From Ignavibacteriota bacterium (GTDB lineage: Bacteria; Bacteroidota; Ignavibacteria; UBA10030; BY39), in the NCBI GenBank assembly GCA_003327435.1, contig QOQV01000004.1, forward strand, positions 1,037 through 65,036: a stretch of 64,000 nt of DNA. Direction: 5' to 3'. The notes below the pieces were generated by a model. That model worked only from the letters and a program-made list of their open reading frames with translations. It had not been told where the DNA came from and did not search any database. The position numbers were made by a program, and so were the translations under genes. This document shows positions 1 through 8,200 of the stretch, piece after piece; position 1 is the first letter of the stretch, and the number at the start of each line of letters is the position of its first letter.

Positions 1-147
1 CGATGTGGTTTACCCTGTTTAAACATTTTTTTCAAATCGGCAGCTGTTTTCAGAGCTAACTCGATTTCTTTTACTGTCCAATCTTTTGTTTCAATATAAT
101 CTTTCCCACGCAAAATGTTTGGAAGTTTAGGTAATTTTGTTGGCATA
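1..147 (-). CDS. N-terminal ~49 codons of a YgeW-like knotted carbamoyltransferase. Partial: the gene continues beyond the window start.
   Basis: Reverse-strand translation from the ATG at 147 gives MPTKLPKLPNILRGKDYIETKDWTVKEIELALKTAADLKKMFKQGKPH. This is collinear with the N-terminus of E. coli YgeW (..KDFLLTWEQTPDELKQVLDVAAALKAL..). It sits directly downstream of the YgeY-like gene, as in ygeW-ygeX-ygeY clusters. Confidence 0.5.
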
Positions 148-161
148 TTGTTTCCTTTATT

Positions 162-1370
162 TTATTTTACTTTTGTTAGATATTCAAATGGAAAAGCTGC
201 GTACCATGCAGCCGCTTTTACAAGATGTTCAACTGGTATCTGTTCAGTTGCCATATGTGCATAAATTTCGTTTCCTGGTCCAAATCCAACGCAAGGGATT
301 CCATATCTACCCATTATTGAAACACCATTTGTGCTGAAGACCCATCTACCAATTACAGGTTTTTCGCCGAAAAGTTTTTCATAAGTTTCTTTACCCGCAA
401 TCAGAGCTGGATGGTCTTCGGGTAAAAGCCAGGTAGGATAATATTTTTTGGTTGGATACACAAGTCCTTTCCAGCTTGGAACTGCGTAATCAAGAACAAC
501 AACCTCTGCGTTGGCTTGCTTCACACTATCGAGTTCCTGAATTTGTTTAACTGCGAGTTCCCAGGTTTCAGTAGCTGCAAGACGACGATCGAGATGAATT
601 GTTGCTGAATCGGCAACCGCACAAAGTGATGGAGATGTGGAACGGATTTCAGAAATTGTTACTGTTCCCTTACCTAAAAACGGTTCACCAGTCAATCTTT
701 CGTTAAGTTTTTGAATATCAAGAATAATTGGTGCCATCTTGTAAATTGCATTATCACCTCTCTCAGGCGCAGAACCGTGACAGGATACACCTTTTACTCG
801 AACCTCAATCTCCATTCTACCTCTATGTCCTAGATAAACACCTAAGTTTGTTGGCTCAGCAATTACAACTATTTCTGGTTTTAATTTCTCTTCATTTATT
901 ATATATTGCCAACAAAGTCCATCACAATCTTCTTCCTGAACGCTACCAACTATGTACAATGTAAAATCGTCTTTAAGATTCAAATCTTTAATGATTTTTC
1001 CACCATAAACGAGTGCAGCCATTGCACCTTTCATATCACATGCGCCTCTGCCATAAATTATACCATCTTTTAAATCACCCTTGAAAGGATCAACCGTCCA
1101 GTTTTCTGGGTTCCCAACATCTACTGTATCGATATGAGCATCCATTGCAATTATATGTTTTCCATTCCCAATTCTTCCGAGAATGTTTCCCATTCCATCA
1201 ATAATTACCTCATCATAACCAATGCTTTCCATTTCTTCTTTGATTCTATAAACAACATCTTTTTCCTGACTGCTAACTGATTTGATAGCAATAATATCTC
1301 TTAAAAATTTTGTAACAGCTTTTTCGTTTCTTCTTGATTCCTCAAAAATTTTCTGATAGTCAATAACCAT
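162..1370 (-). CDS. ygeY: M20-family metallo-hydrolase, YgeY-like (putative selenium-metabolism hydrolase family).
   Basis: 402-aa ORF. It has M20/ArgE/DapE-type motifs (HIDTV, GRGACDMKG, EEDCDG) and lies in a ygeW/ssnA/ygfK/xdh context. Confidence 0.65.
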   Translation of the reverse strand: MVIDYQKIFEESRRNEKAVTKFLRDIIAIKSVSSQEKDVVYRIKEEMESIGYDEVIIDGMGNILGRIGNGKHIIAMDAHIDTVDVGNPENWTVDPFKGDLKDGIIYGRGACDMKGAMAALVYGGKIIKDLNLKDDFTLYIVGSVQEEDCDGLCWQYIINEEKLKPEIVVIAEPTNLGVYLGHRGRMEIEVRVKGVSCHGSAPERGDNAIYKMAPIILDIQKLNERLTGEPFLGKGTVTISEIRSTSPSLCAVADSATIHLDRRLAATETWELAVKQIQELDSVKQANAEVVVLDYAVPSWKGLVYPTKKYYPTWLLPEDHPALIAGKETYEKLFGEKPVIGRWVFSTNGVSIMGRYGIPCVGFGPGNEIYAHMATEQIPVEHLVKAAAWYAAFPFEYLTKVK

Positions 1371-1378
1371 ATCTTTCC

Positions 1379-2836
1379 TTACAATTTATTTATTAATTGA
1401 TTAAATTCAATTATAAGTTTATCAAAATATTTTACTTCCTCTTCCAGGATATTCTTCCAATATTCTGGATTCCATTGTTCATTCAATTCTTTAACATCTT
1501 TACCCTGCTGTTCAACCCAGGTAAAATATTTCAGATTATGTATTGTTTTACGATCGTAATAAGTTAATTCTTTAAAATAATCAATACTCTGATGAAGTAT
1601 TGGTGCTGAATGGTCTTTTGCTGCTTGCAGAATATCATATTTCCCGTATGCTTCACGCATTTCTTTCAATCGTGAGCGATACATATCAAAAGAATCCGTG
1701 AAAATTGTGAATATGACATCTTGCTCACTTAACTCGAAATATTTTGCCGTTTTAATGGAACTCAACAAATTGCTTATGCTTGATATTCCTAATAATTCAA
1801 GATTATTTACTAAATCCTCTGATAGACCTAAACTTAAAAGGTACTTTTTGCCTTCTTCTTCATTAAATAGGCGGAGAACTCTCATACAATCTTCATCATC
1901 TATTGCCACGACTGCATCAGTATTACGGATGTTATGAATCCACGGTACATGTTTATCGCCAATTCCTTCGATTCTGTGACCACCAAAACCGTTCATAAGA
2001 AGAGTTGGACATTGTAGAGCTTCGCTGGCAACAATTTTAAGATGAGGATACAATTTTTTTAGATAATCGCCTGTTGCAATTGTACCAGCAGAACCTGTAG
2101 CTGAAACAAATGCCGAGATATTATAATTTTCTTTTCCGATATAACCATAAACCTCATCTACTGCAGGACCAGTTACATTGTAATGCCAGATAGAATTTCC
2201 GAATTCATCAAATTGGTTGAATATTATGTTAGTTGGATCTTTACGGAGTTCCCAGCATTTATCATAAATTTCTTTAACATTTGATTCACATCCGGGAGTT
2301 GCTATAACTTCAGCACCGATCTCTTTTAGCCATGCAAATCTTTCTTTAGACATTTCCTCTGGTAGAATGGCAATTGGTGTACATCCCAATAGTACTGAAT
2401 TAAAAGCACCACCGCGACAATAATTTCCTGTTGATGGCCACACTGCTTTATGAACTTCTGGATTAAATTCACCGCTTACAAGTCGTGGTACAAGACATCC
2501 AAAAGAAGCGCCTACTTTATGTGCGCCTGTCGGAAAATACTTACCAATCAGTCCAATGATACGAGCTTTTACACCGGTAATCTCTTCAGGAATCTCAAGA
2601 TAATTCACTTTACCAAATAAACCTGTTTTTATATCATTTTTCCAGGTAACACGAAAAAGATTCAATGGATTAATATCCCATAGACCAACCTCAGGTAATT
2701 TTGATTTGATTTCTTGAGGTATGGTATCTGGATTTCGTAATTGTGAGAATGTTGGAATTACAATTCCTTTTTCTTTACATCGTTTTGCTGTTTTTTTTAC
2801 AACTTCAGAATTAATTTGCTTGATTATTTTTGACAT
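1379..2836 (-). CDS. Fold-type II PLP-dependent enzyme (tryptophan-synthase-beta superfamily). It is diaminopropionate ammonia-lyase-like or OrtB-like, with a ~150-aa C-terminal extension.
   Basis: 485-aa ORF. FPTGAHKVGA matches the NPTGSFKDRGA Schiff-base lysine motif. A glycine-rich GSAGTIATG loop is present. The gene occupies the ygeX position of the cluster, but is longer than the E. coli protein. Confidence 0.55.
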   Translation of the reverse strand: MSKIIKQINSEVVKKTAKRCKEKGIVIPTFSQLRNPDTIPQEIKSKLPEVGLWDINPLNLFRVTWKNDIKTGLFGKVNYLEIPEEITGVKARIIGLIGKYFPTGAHKVGASFGCLVPRLVSGEFNPEVHKAVWPSTGNYCRGGAFNSVLLGCTPIAILPEEMSKERFAWLKEIGAEVIATPGCESNVKEIYDKCWELRKDPTNIIFNQFDEFGNSIWHYNVTGPAVDEVYGYIGKENYNISAFVSATGSAGTIATGDYLKKLYPHLKIVASEALQCPTLLMNGFGGHRIEGIGDKHVPWIHNIRNTDAVVAIDDEDCMRVLRLFNEEEGKKYLLSLGLSEDLVNNLELLGISSISNLLSSIKTAKYFELSEQDVIFTIFTDSFDMYRSRLKEMREAYGKYDILQAAKDHSAPILHQSIDYFKELTYYDRKTIHNLKYFTWVEQQGKDVKELNEQWNPEYWKNILEEEVKYFDKLIIEFNQLINKL

Positions 2837-2915
2837 TCTTTCATCCTATTTGAGTTTACAAGTAACAAATTGAAAATTATATTATTTATCTTTGTGAAAA
2901 TTTATGATTAATTTA

Positions 2916-4241
2916 CTACATTCTTTCCCACAATTCTTTAGCGAGTTCACGAGCACGTGCATTAATCCTTTCTTCATCGATATCAATTTGTAGTTTTCGA
3001 TTTTCCATTAATATCTTTCCATCTATTATTGTAGTATCAACGATTGACTGCGTAATTCCAAACATAAAGTGACCCAGAAATGTTGACTCATCAAGTGGAG
3101 TTGGTGGGAAATAATCAATCAAGATAACATCAGCAGCGTAGTTTTCCTTAAGTTCCCCAATTTTTGGATTCCAATATCTATTAGCAATTTTTGAGTTATT
3201 GAAAAGAAGTGTTGAAATTGCTTCAACGAAACCAACACTTGGATTTTTCTGATAAAGATGCTGAAGCCAGAGAGCAACCCTAACTTCTTCCATCATATTT
3301 ACTGTCATTGCATCCGTTCCAAGGCCTACCAGGACACCTTTGTTCTGCATCTTAATAATATCAGCAACACCAACAGCGTTGTTCATATTTGATTGTGGAT
3401 TATGCGCAACTGCTGTTTTTGTTTCTGCAAGTAATTCCATTTCTTTTTCGTTAATATGCACACAATGGGCAGCTATTGATTTCTCACCAAGGATACCAAA
3501 TTTATTAAATCTTTCCACAACTCTCATTTTATGATTTGTTTCACAGTGTACTTGGTCAGAAGCGGCTTCAGCTGTGTGAACATGAAAACCAACACCAAGT
3601 TCTTTACCAAGCATTGCAGCCTTCTCAAGTGTTTGCTCTCCAATCGTAAATGATGCATGTAATCCAAATAAAGCTTTAAATTGATTATCGTTGTTGTTAT
3701 TACACTGCTTTATAAAATCTACATTTTCTTCCAATCCTTCATCAGCAATTTTTTGTCCATCACGATCCGAAACCTCATAACACAGAGATGCACGCAAGCC
3801 AACCTCTTTTACTGCTTTCGCAATTTGCGTTAGTGAACCACGGACAGCAAAAGGACTTGCATGATGATCAATCAGGGTTGTGGTTCCATGCCGAATTGCA
3901 TTCATTGCAGGTATAAGTGTACTATAATAACAATCTTCAAGCACCAATTTTTTATCTAATCTCCACCAGAGATTTTGTAATACCTCATTAAAATCTTTTG
4001 ATGGAGCCGCCTTTCCGTATCCTCTTACCAGTGTAGAATAGAAATGCATATGTGCATTTATAAACCCGGGCATTACAATCTTACCTGATGCATCAATAAT
4101 CTTATCGTATGAACCTGTAAAAGAATTTGTTGGAGCAATTTTTTTAATTAATCCATTTTCAATTAATAAACTATGGCCATATAGAACCTTGTTAGGTTCA
4201 CCAAGAGTTATGATAATTCCGTTTTTAATTAAGATGGTCAT
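2916..4241 (-). CDS. ssnA: Metal-dependent amidohydrolase, SsnA-like (chlorohydrolase / cytosine-deaminase family).
   Basis: 441-aa ORF. It has an N-terminal HxH (INAHMHF), HVHTAE, and an HCVH/D pattern of the amidohydrolase superfamily. Its size and neighbourhood match the putative selenium metabolism protein SsnA. Confidence 0.6.
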   Translation of the reverse strand: MTILIKNGIIITLGEPNKVLYGHSLLIENGLIKKIAPTNSFTGSYDKIIDASGKIVMPGFINAHMHFYSTLVRGYGKAAPSKDFNEVLQNLWWRLDKKLVLEDCYYSTLIPAMNAIRHGTTTLIDHHASPFAVRGSLTQIAKAVKEVGLRASLCYEVSDRDGQKIADEGLEENVDFIKQCNNNNDNQFKALFGLHASFTIGEQTLEKAAMLGKELGVGFHVHTAEAASDQVHCETNHKMRVVERFNKFGILGEKSIAAHCVHINEKEMELLAETKTAVAHNPQSNMNNAVGVADIIKMQNKGVLVGLGTDAMTVNMMEEVRVALWLQHLYQKNPSVGFVEAISTLLFNNSKIANRYWNPKIGELKENYAADVILIDYFPPTPLDESTFLGHFMFGITQSIVDTTIIDGKILMENRKLQIDIDEERINARARELAKELWERM

Positions 4242-4242
4242 A

Positions 4243-6750
4243 TTATGCCTCTACGAGTAGTTTTAGTTCTTTGGGTGTTCTTTCTCTCATATAAAGTGCA
4301 CCTGCGAAACATTTCTGTACGCAAATTGAGCAACCAATGCAACGAGCTGGATCTGTGACCGGAATTTTATTTTTATCAAGCTCGATTGCTAGATACGGGC
4401 AACGTGTACAATTTCCGCAGTGTTCACATAATTCTGGAACAACTGCTGAGATTTTTTTAGTAGAAGGTAGTTCCATAAATCCAGTTATCGGATTTGGTAA
4501 AGCCCTACCTATTAGTTCGGCAACGGATTTTATTCCTCTTTCCTGCATTAGATAACTCAAACCAGAATGCAGATCATCGATTATTCCGTATCCATATTTC
4601 ATTACAATTGTACAGAATTGCACATTTTTTGCACCAAGAGCGAGGAAATTGGCAGCAGCTTTATAATCCATAGGTCCGCCGTTACCTGAAACCATAACAC
4701 CTAACTTTGAAACATTTGCAAGTGTGAGATATGAAATTGGTAGTACTCCTTCGCCGCTCATTCCTACAACAATACCTTCTTCCCAGGTTTTCTTTTGTCC
4801 TTTACGAAAAGCAAGTGTCGGGAAGGTGTTTGCTAATGTAACTCCAGCCTTTTTGTCAGGATACTTTGCAAAAACCTCCTTGATTGCTGTGATAATTGGA
4901 TAGATTGAAGTAACAGCAGCAGTAAGTTTGAACAATTTGGGTATTTCTGGATCACTTACCTGCATAACCCAATCTATAATTTTTGCTGTCAGTTCAGCAT
5001 CTTGAGAAACAATGTCACCCTTTGTTCCATCACCGCCCTGAGGACAGGATAAGCTATATTCAATTGCCATTGCGCCTGCTGATTCCAACTTTTTCGTGTT
5101 GGATTGCCAGGCACGAGAATCACTTTCGTCATCACCGGTAACAGGACCACCTGTTGAAGCTGCTGTGAGGCGATCCGGATACTCACGGATAAGTTTTTCA
5201 ACTTCACGGCAAACTCTATCAAGTGGATGACCTGATACATTGTCGCAATTGGCATATGTGGATTTAGAAAATGCAAACATATATTCTGATGGAATATGAA
5301 TAGGTACATTATCAAATGCTGTTTTCATAATACCGCCAGCCCAACCGGCTTCATAGGCTTTCTTCATTTGTGCATATCCATCGGTTGGAGGTGCAGCGGA
5401 AAGCAAAAAGGGAGATAAAATTTTCCTTCCAAAGAAATCTGTTTCAAGTGGAACAGGTATTAATACCCTACCTGGTAATATCACGCGACTCTTTGTAGGT
5501 TTATCACTTTTATTAAGACCACTTTTATTTTTCTTAAAGACATAAGCATCAATTTCAAGCGCAATATTTTTACCAGTTGCCACAGCTTCAACTACAGTTG
5601 TAGGTCCATATACAAGATCACCGGTATAGAAAATTCCTTTTTGATTTTGTTTTTTTATAGACGACCTCGCTCCTGCTGAAATGATAACAAAATCTATATC
5701 ATTCCTTATCTGTAAACTCTCCTTTAAATCTTTTACATTGTTTGGGTGAAACTTCTTACCTTCAGGAAGGAATACTTTTTTTGTTTTTAAACCGACAATC
5801 TGTTTTCCTTTTGTCAGAATTTCAGTAACTCTGACTCTACCGTTAATTTCGATTCCTAATTTACGTATTGAATCTCTTTCTTTTGCTGTTAGTGGCATTT
5901 CCGACCATTTCTCGAGTGCAAAAAACTCAACGGCTTGAGCACCTTTCTCAAAAGCAACTTCCGCACAATCGAGAGCTACAGCTCCACCACCGATAATGGC
6001 AACTTTCTTCCCTTTTACTTTATATTTTTTCGGATCGCTTAGATATTCAATCCAATCCACTGCATAATTGCTTCCAACAATATCAGGTATAAATGCCTGA
6101 TCAAGTCCGGTAGCAACCAGAACAGCATCGTAACCATTTTTGGAAAGTTTTTTCAAAGTTCCTTTCTTAAATGAAATTTTTCCAAGAGATTTAAGAAAAT
6201 CAATATCCGTTTCAAGTACTTCTTTTGGTAATCTGGATTCAGGAATAAGATTACACATACCTCCGGGTTTTTCCATCAAATCATAGACATCAACTTTATA
6301 CCCCTTTTGAATTAAGACCGCAGCCGCTCCAAGTCCTGCAGGACCGGCACCGTAAATTGCAACTTTCTTACCATTTAATGATGCTTTTAAAAAACTGGGC
6401 ATCGCATCCAACTTTTTAGCTCTATCTATTATAGTAGCTTGTACTGCTGGAATGTTAACAGCCGAATCAAACTTAAGATGAACACAGGCACTCATACAAT
6501 GCCTATCGGGACATACAGCACCACATACACCACCAAGCGGATTACTTCCCATAATATGAGCAGCGGATCTCATATAATCTGACCGCTCCCCAACTTTTAC
6601 AGCCATTATAAAATCTGCTGGCGAACAATCCACCGGACAGGCTTCCTTACAGGGTTTTTCCTCACAATACTCACATTTATCTATTTCAGCACGCAATTGT
6701 GCATAAGTCAAAAACTTACTGAATTTATCGTTATTACTTTTTTGCACCAT
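4243..6750 (-). CDS. YgfK-like Fe-S flavoprotein: a fusion of a PreT/GltD-like NAD(P)H/FAD module and a PreA/dihydropyrimidine-dehydrogenase-like TIM-barrel module, ending in two 4Fe-4S ferredoxin motifs.
   Basis: 835-aa ORF. N-terminal Cys clusters (CEYCEEKPCKEACP, CGAVCP..CMSAC). Two dinucleotide-binding GxGxxG sites (AIYGAGPAGLGAA and AIIGGGAVALDCA). C-terminal CEHCGNCTRCP and CIGCSICVQKC. Confidence 0.6.
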   Translation of the reverse strand: MVQKSNNDKFSKFLTYAQLRAEIDKCEYCEEKPCKEACPVDCSPADFIMAVKVGERSDYMRSAAHIMGSNPLGGVCGAVCPDRHCMSACVHLKFDSAVNIPAVQATIIDRAKKLDAMPSFLKASLNGKKVAIYGAGPAGLGAAAVLIQKGYKVDVYDLMEKPGGMCNLIPESRLPKEVLETDIDFLKSLGKISFKKGTLKKLSKNGYDAVLVATGLDQAFIPDIVGSNYAVDWIEYLSDPKKYKVKGKKVAIIGGGAVALDCAEVAFEKGAQAVEFFALEKWSEMPLTAKERDSIRKLGIEINGRVRVTEILTKGKQIVGLKTKKVFLPEGKKFHPNNVKDLKESLQIRNDIDFVIISAGARSSIKKQNQKGIFYTGDLVYGPTTVVEAVATGKNIALEIDAYVFKKNKSGLNKSDKPTKSRVILPGRVLIPVPLETDFFGRKILSPFLLSAAPPTDGYAQMKKAYEAGWAGGIMKTAFDNVPIHIPSEYMFAFSKSTYANCDNVSGHPLDRVCREVEKLIREYPDRLTAASTGGPVTGDDESDSRAWQSNTKKLESAGAMAIEYSLSCPQGGDGTKGDIVSQDAELTAKIIDWVMQVSDPEIPKLFKLTAAVTSIYPIITAIKEVFAKYPDKKAGVTLANTFPTLAFRKGQKKTWEEGIVVGMSGEGVLPISYLTLANVSKLGVMVSGNGGPMDYKAAANFLALGAKNVQFCTIVMKYGYGIIDDLHSGLSYLMQERGIKSVAELIGRALPNPITGFMELPSTKKISAVVPELCEHCGNCTRCPYLAIELDKNKIPVTDPARCIGCSICVQKCFAGALYMRERTPKELKLLVEA

Positions 6751-6797
6751 AAAAAAATTCCTCTTAATTAGAATTTACAAATGAAATTTTATACATA

Positions 6798-7271
6798 CTA
6801 GGATTTTCTAAGTTCTTTACTTGCGCCCTTAATTGCTTCAACTATCTGTATATAACCTGTGCATCTACATAGATTTCCAGCTATCGCTGTTCTTATCTCA
6901 ACTTCATCCGGCTCTGAATTTTCATCTAAAAGTTCTTTTGAAGTCATCAATAAACCCGGTGTACAGAAACCACAATGAACAGCACCATAATCAATAAATG
7001 CTTTCTGGAGTGGGTGGAGAACATCTCCTTCAGCTAATCCTTCTACTGTAAGCACTTCTTTATTATGTATTTGCGGGACAAGAACTAAACAGGAATTCAC
7101 TGCTTTTCCGTTTAACAAAACAGTACACGCACCACACTCACCAATTTCACAACCACATTTTGTACCTGTCAAGCCAAGTTCTTCACGCAAAAAATGAAGC
7201 AATGTCTGATTCGGAGAAACCGAGAGTTCATACACCTTATTGTTTATTTTCGTTTTTATATTAACTTTCAT
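6798..7271 (-). CDS. Molybdenum hydroxylase small subunit, [2Fe-2S]-binding (XdhC/CoxS-like).
   Basis: 157-aa ORF. It has a plant-type ferredoxin motif (CGCEIGECGACTV) and a second cluster motif (CGFCTPG..CRCTGY). Confidence 0.8.
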   Translation of the reverse strand: MKVNIKTKINNKVYELSVSPNQTLLHFLREELGLTGTKCGCEIGECGACTVLLNGKAVNSCLVLVPQIHNKEVLTVEGLAEGDVLHPLQKAFIDYGAVHCGFCTPGLLMTSKELLDENSEPDEVEIRTAIAGNLCRCTGYIQIVEAIKGASKELRKS

Positions 7272-7298
7272 AATAAAATCTTTTTATCAATATAGTTT

Positions 7299-8159
7299 TT
7301 AAGTCATTACACATTTTTCCAGAGCTCTACGCACAAGCGCAGAAATTACAGGTTCTTTATATTCAGTAGACCATCTTCTTCCAGTATAGGAAATCATTAC
7401 TTCTGAAACTTTAGCACCAGCTGCTCTAAACAATTCCATTGATGGTTTTTCGCCAATTAATATTTCTTCAGCTTCGGTAACCCGCCTCCAGGTAGGTAAT
7501 GCGGCACCAGGAACTAAACGAGCATCAAGAATTTTTCCACTATCGTCCTGTTGTAAAACTGCTGCGACACTCAATCGAGAAATAGATAACGCATTTCTTC
7601 TTCCAAGTTTAATGAATACGCTCTTTGCATTCTCAGGCAAAGCTGAAAATTTTATTTCCGTAAGCACTTCATCAGGATTTGCTTTGGTTTTATATGGTTT
7701 TATGAAGAAATCATTAAGTGGAAGTATTCTTGCATCATTAATGGATTGAAGAGTTATTTCGGCATTTAAGGCAATCAATGGTGGAACTGTATCCGCACAA
7801 GCAGCTGCGTTCATAATATTGCCACCAACAGTACCACGATTACGAATCTGCAAAGAGCCAATTTGAGAAGCAGCTTCACTCAGCAAATAAGCTTTCCTTC
7901 TTAAAACATTCGATTTATAAATTTGAGTGTGAGTTGATAACGGTTTTAAAATTATGTGGTTATCATTTTCATAAATACCATCAAGTTCTTTGACATAACT
8001 AATATCCACAATAGCTTTAGGGAATTTTGCAGGTTTGCGTCGTAATTCTATCAGTAAATCTGTCCCACCTGCAAGTATTTTTGCTTCAGGTCCGAATTTG
8101 GAGAGGATATCCAATATTTCATCTAATTTTTCAGAGAATTTATACTCAAAGGGTTTCAT
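7299..8159 (-). CDS. Molybdenum hydroxylase FAD-binding subunit (XdhB/CoxM-like).
   Basis: 286-aa ORF. It has the FAD-binding PCMH-type signature (LAGGTDLL, GTVGGNI) and lies between the Fe-S and Mo subunits. Confidence 0.75.
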   Translation of the reverse strand: MKPFEYKFSEKLDEILDILSKFGPEAKILAGGTDLLIELRRKPAKFPKAIVDISYVKELDGIYENDNHIILKPLSTHTQIYKSNVLRRKAYLLSEAASQIGSLQIRNRGTVGGNIMNAAACADTVPPLIALNAEITLQSINDARILPLNDFFIKPYKTKANPDEVLTEIKFSALPENAKSVFIKLGRRNALSISRLSVAAVLQQDDSGKILDARLVPGAALPTWRRVTEAEEILIGEKPSMELFRAAGAKVSEVMISYTGRRWSTEYKEPVISALVRRALEKCVMT

Positions 8160-8200
8160 AAATTTAGAATTTCAATCATAAAGAGAACGGTGGATTTTCA

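Noticed and set aside
137-337. Many short ORFs in the six-frame track lie inside or antisense to well-supported genes. Examples: 137..337, 728..964, 1698..1937, 3340..3534, 4337..4555, 4989..5315, 8382..8844, 10192..10389, 13971..16504 plus-strand set, 17118..17324, 17758..18246, 34036..34717, 50943..51221.
   Set aside because: They overlap long ORFs with clear family signatures in another frame or strand. They have low-complexity, AT-codon-driven compositions and no RBS or family resemblance. They were treated as frame artefacts.
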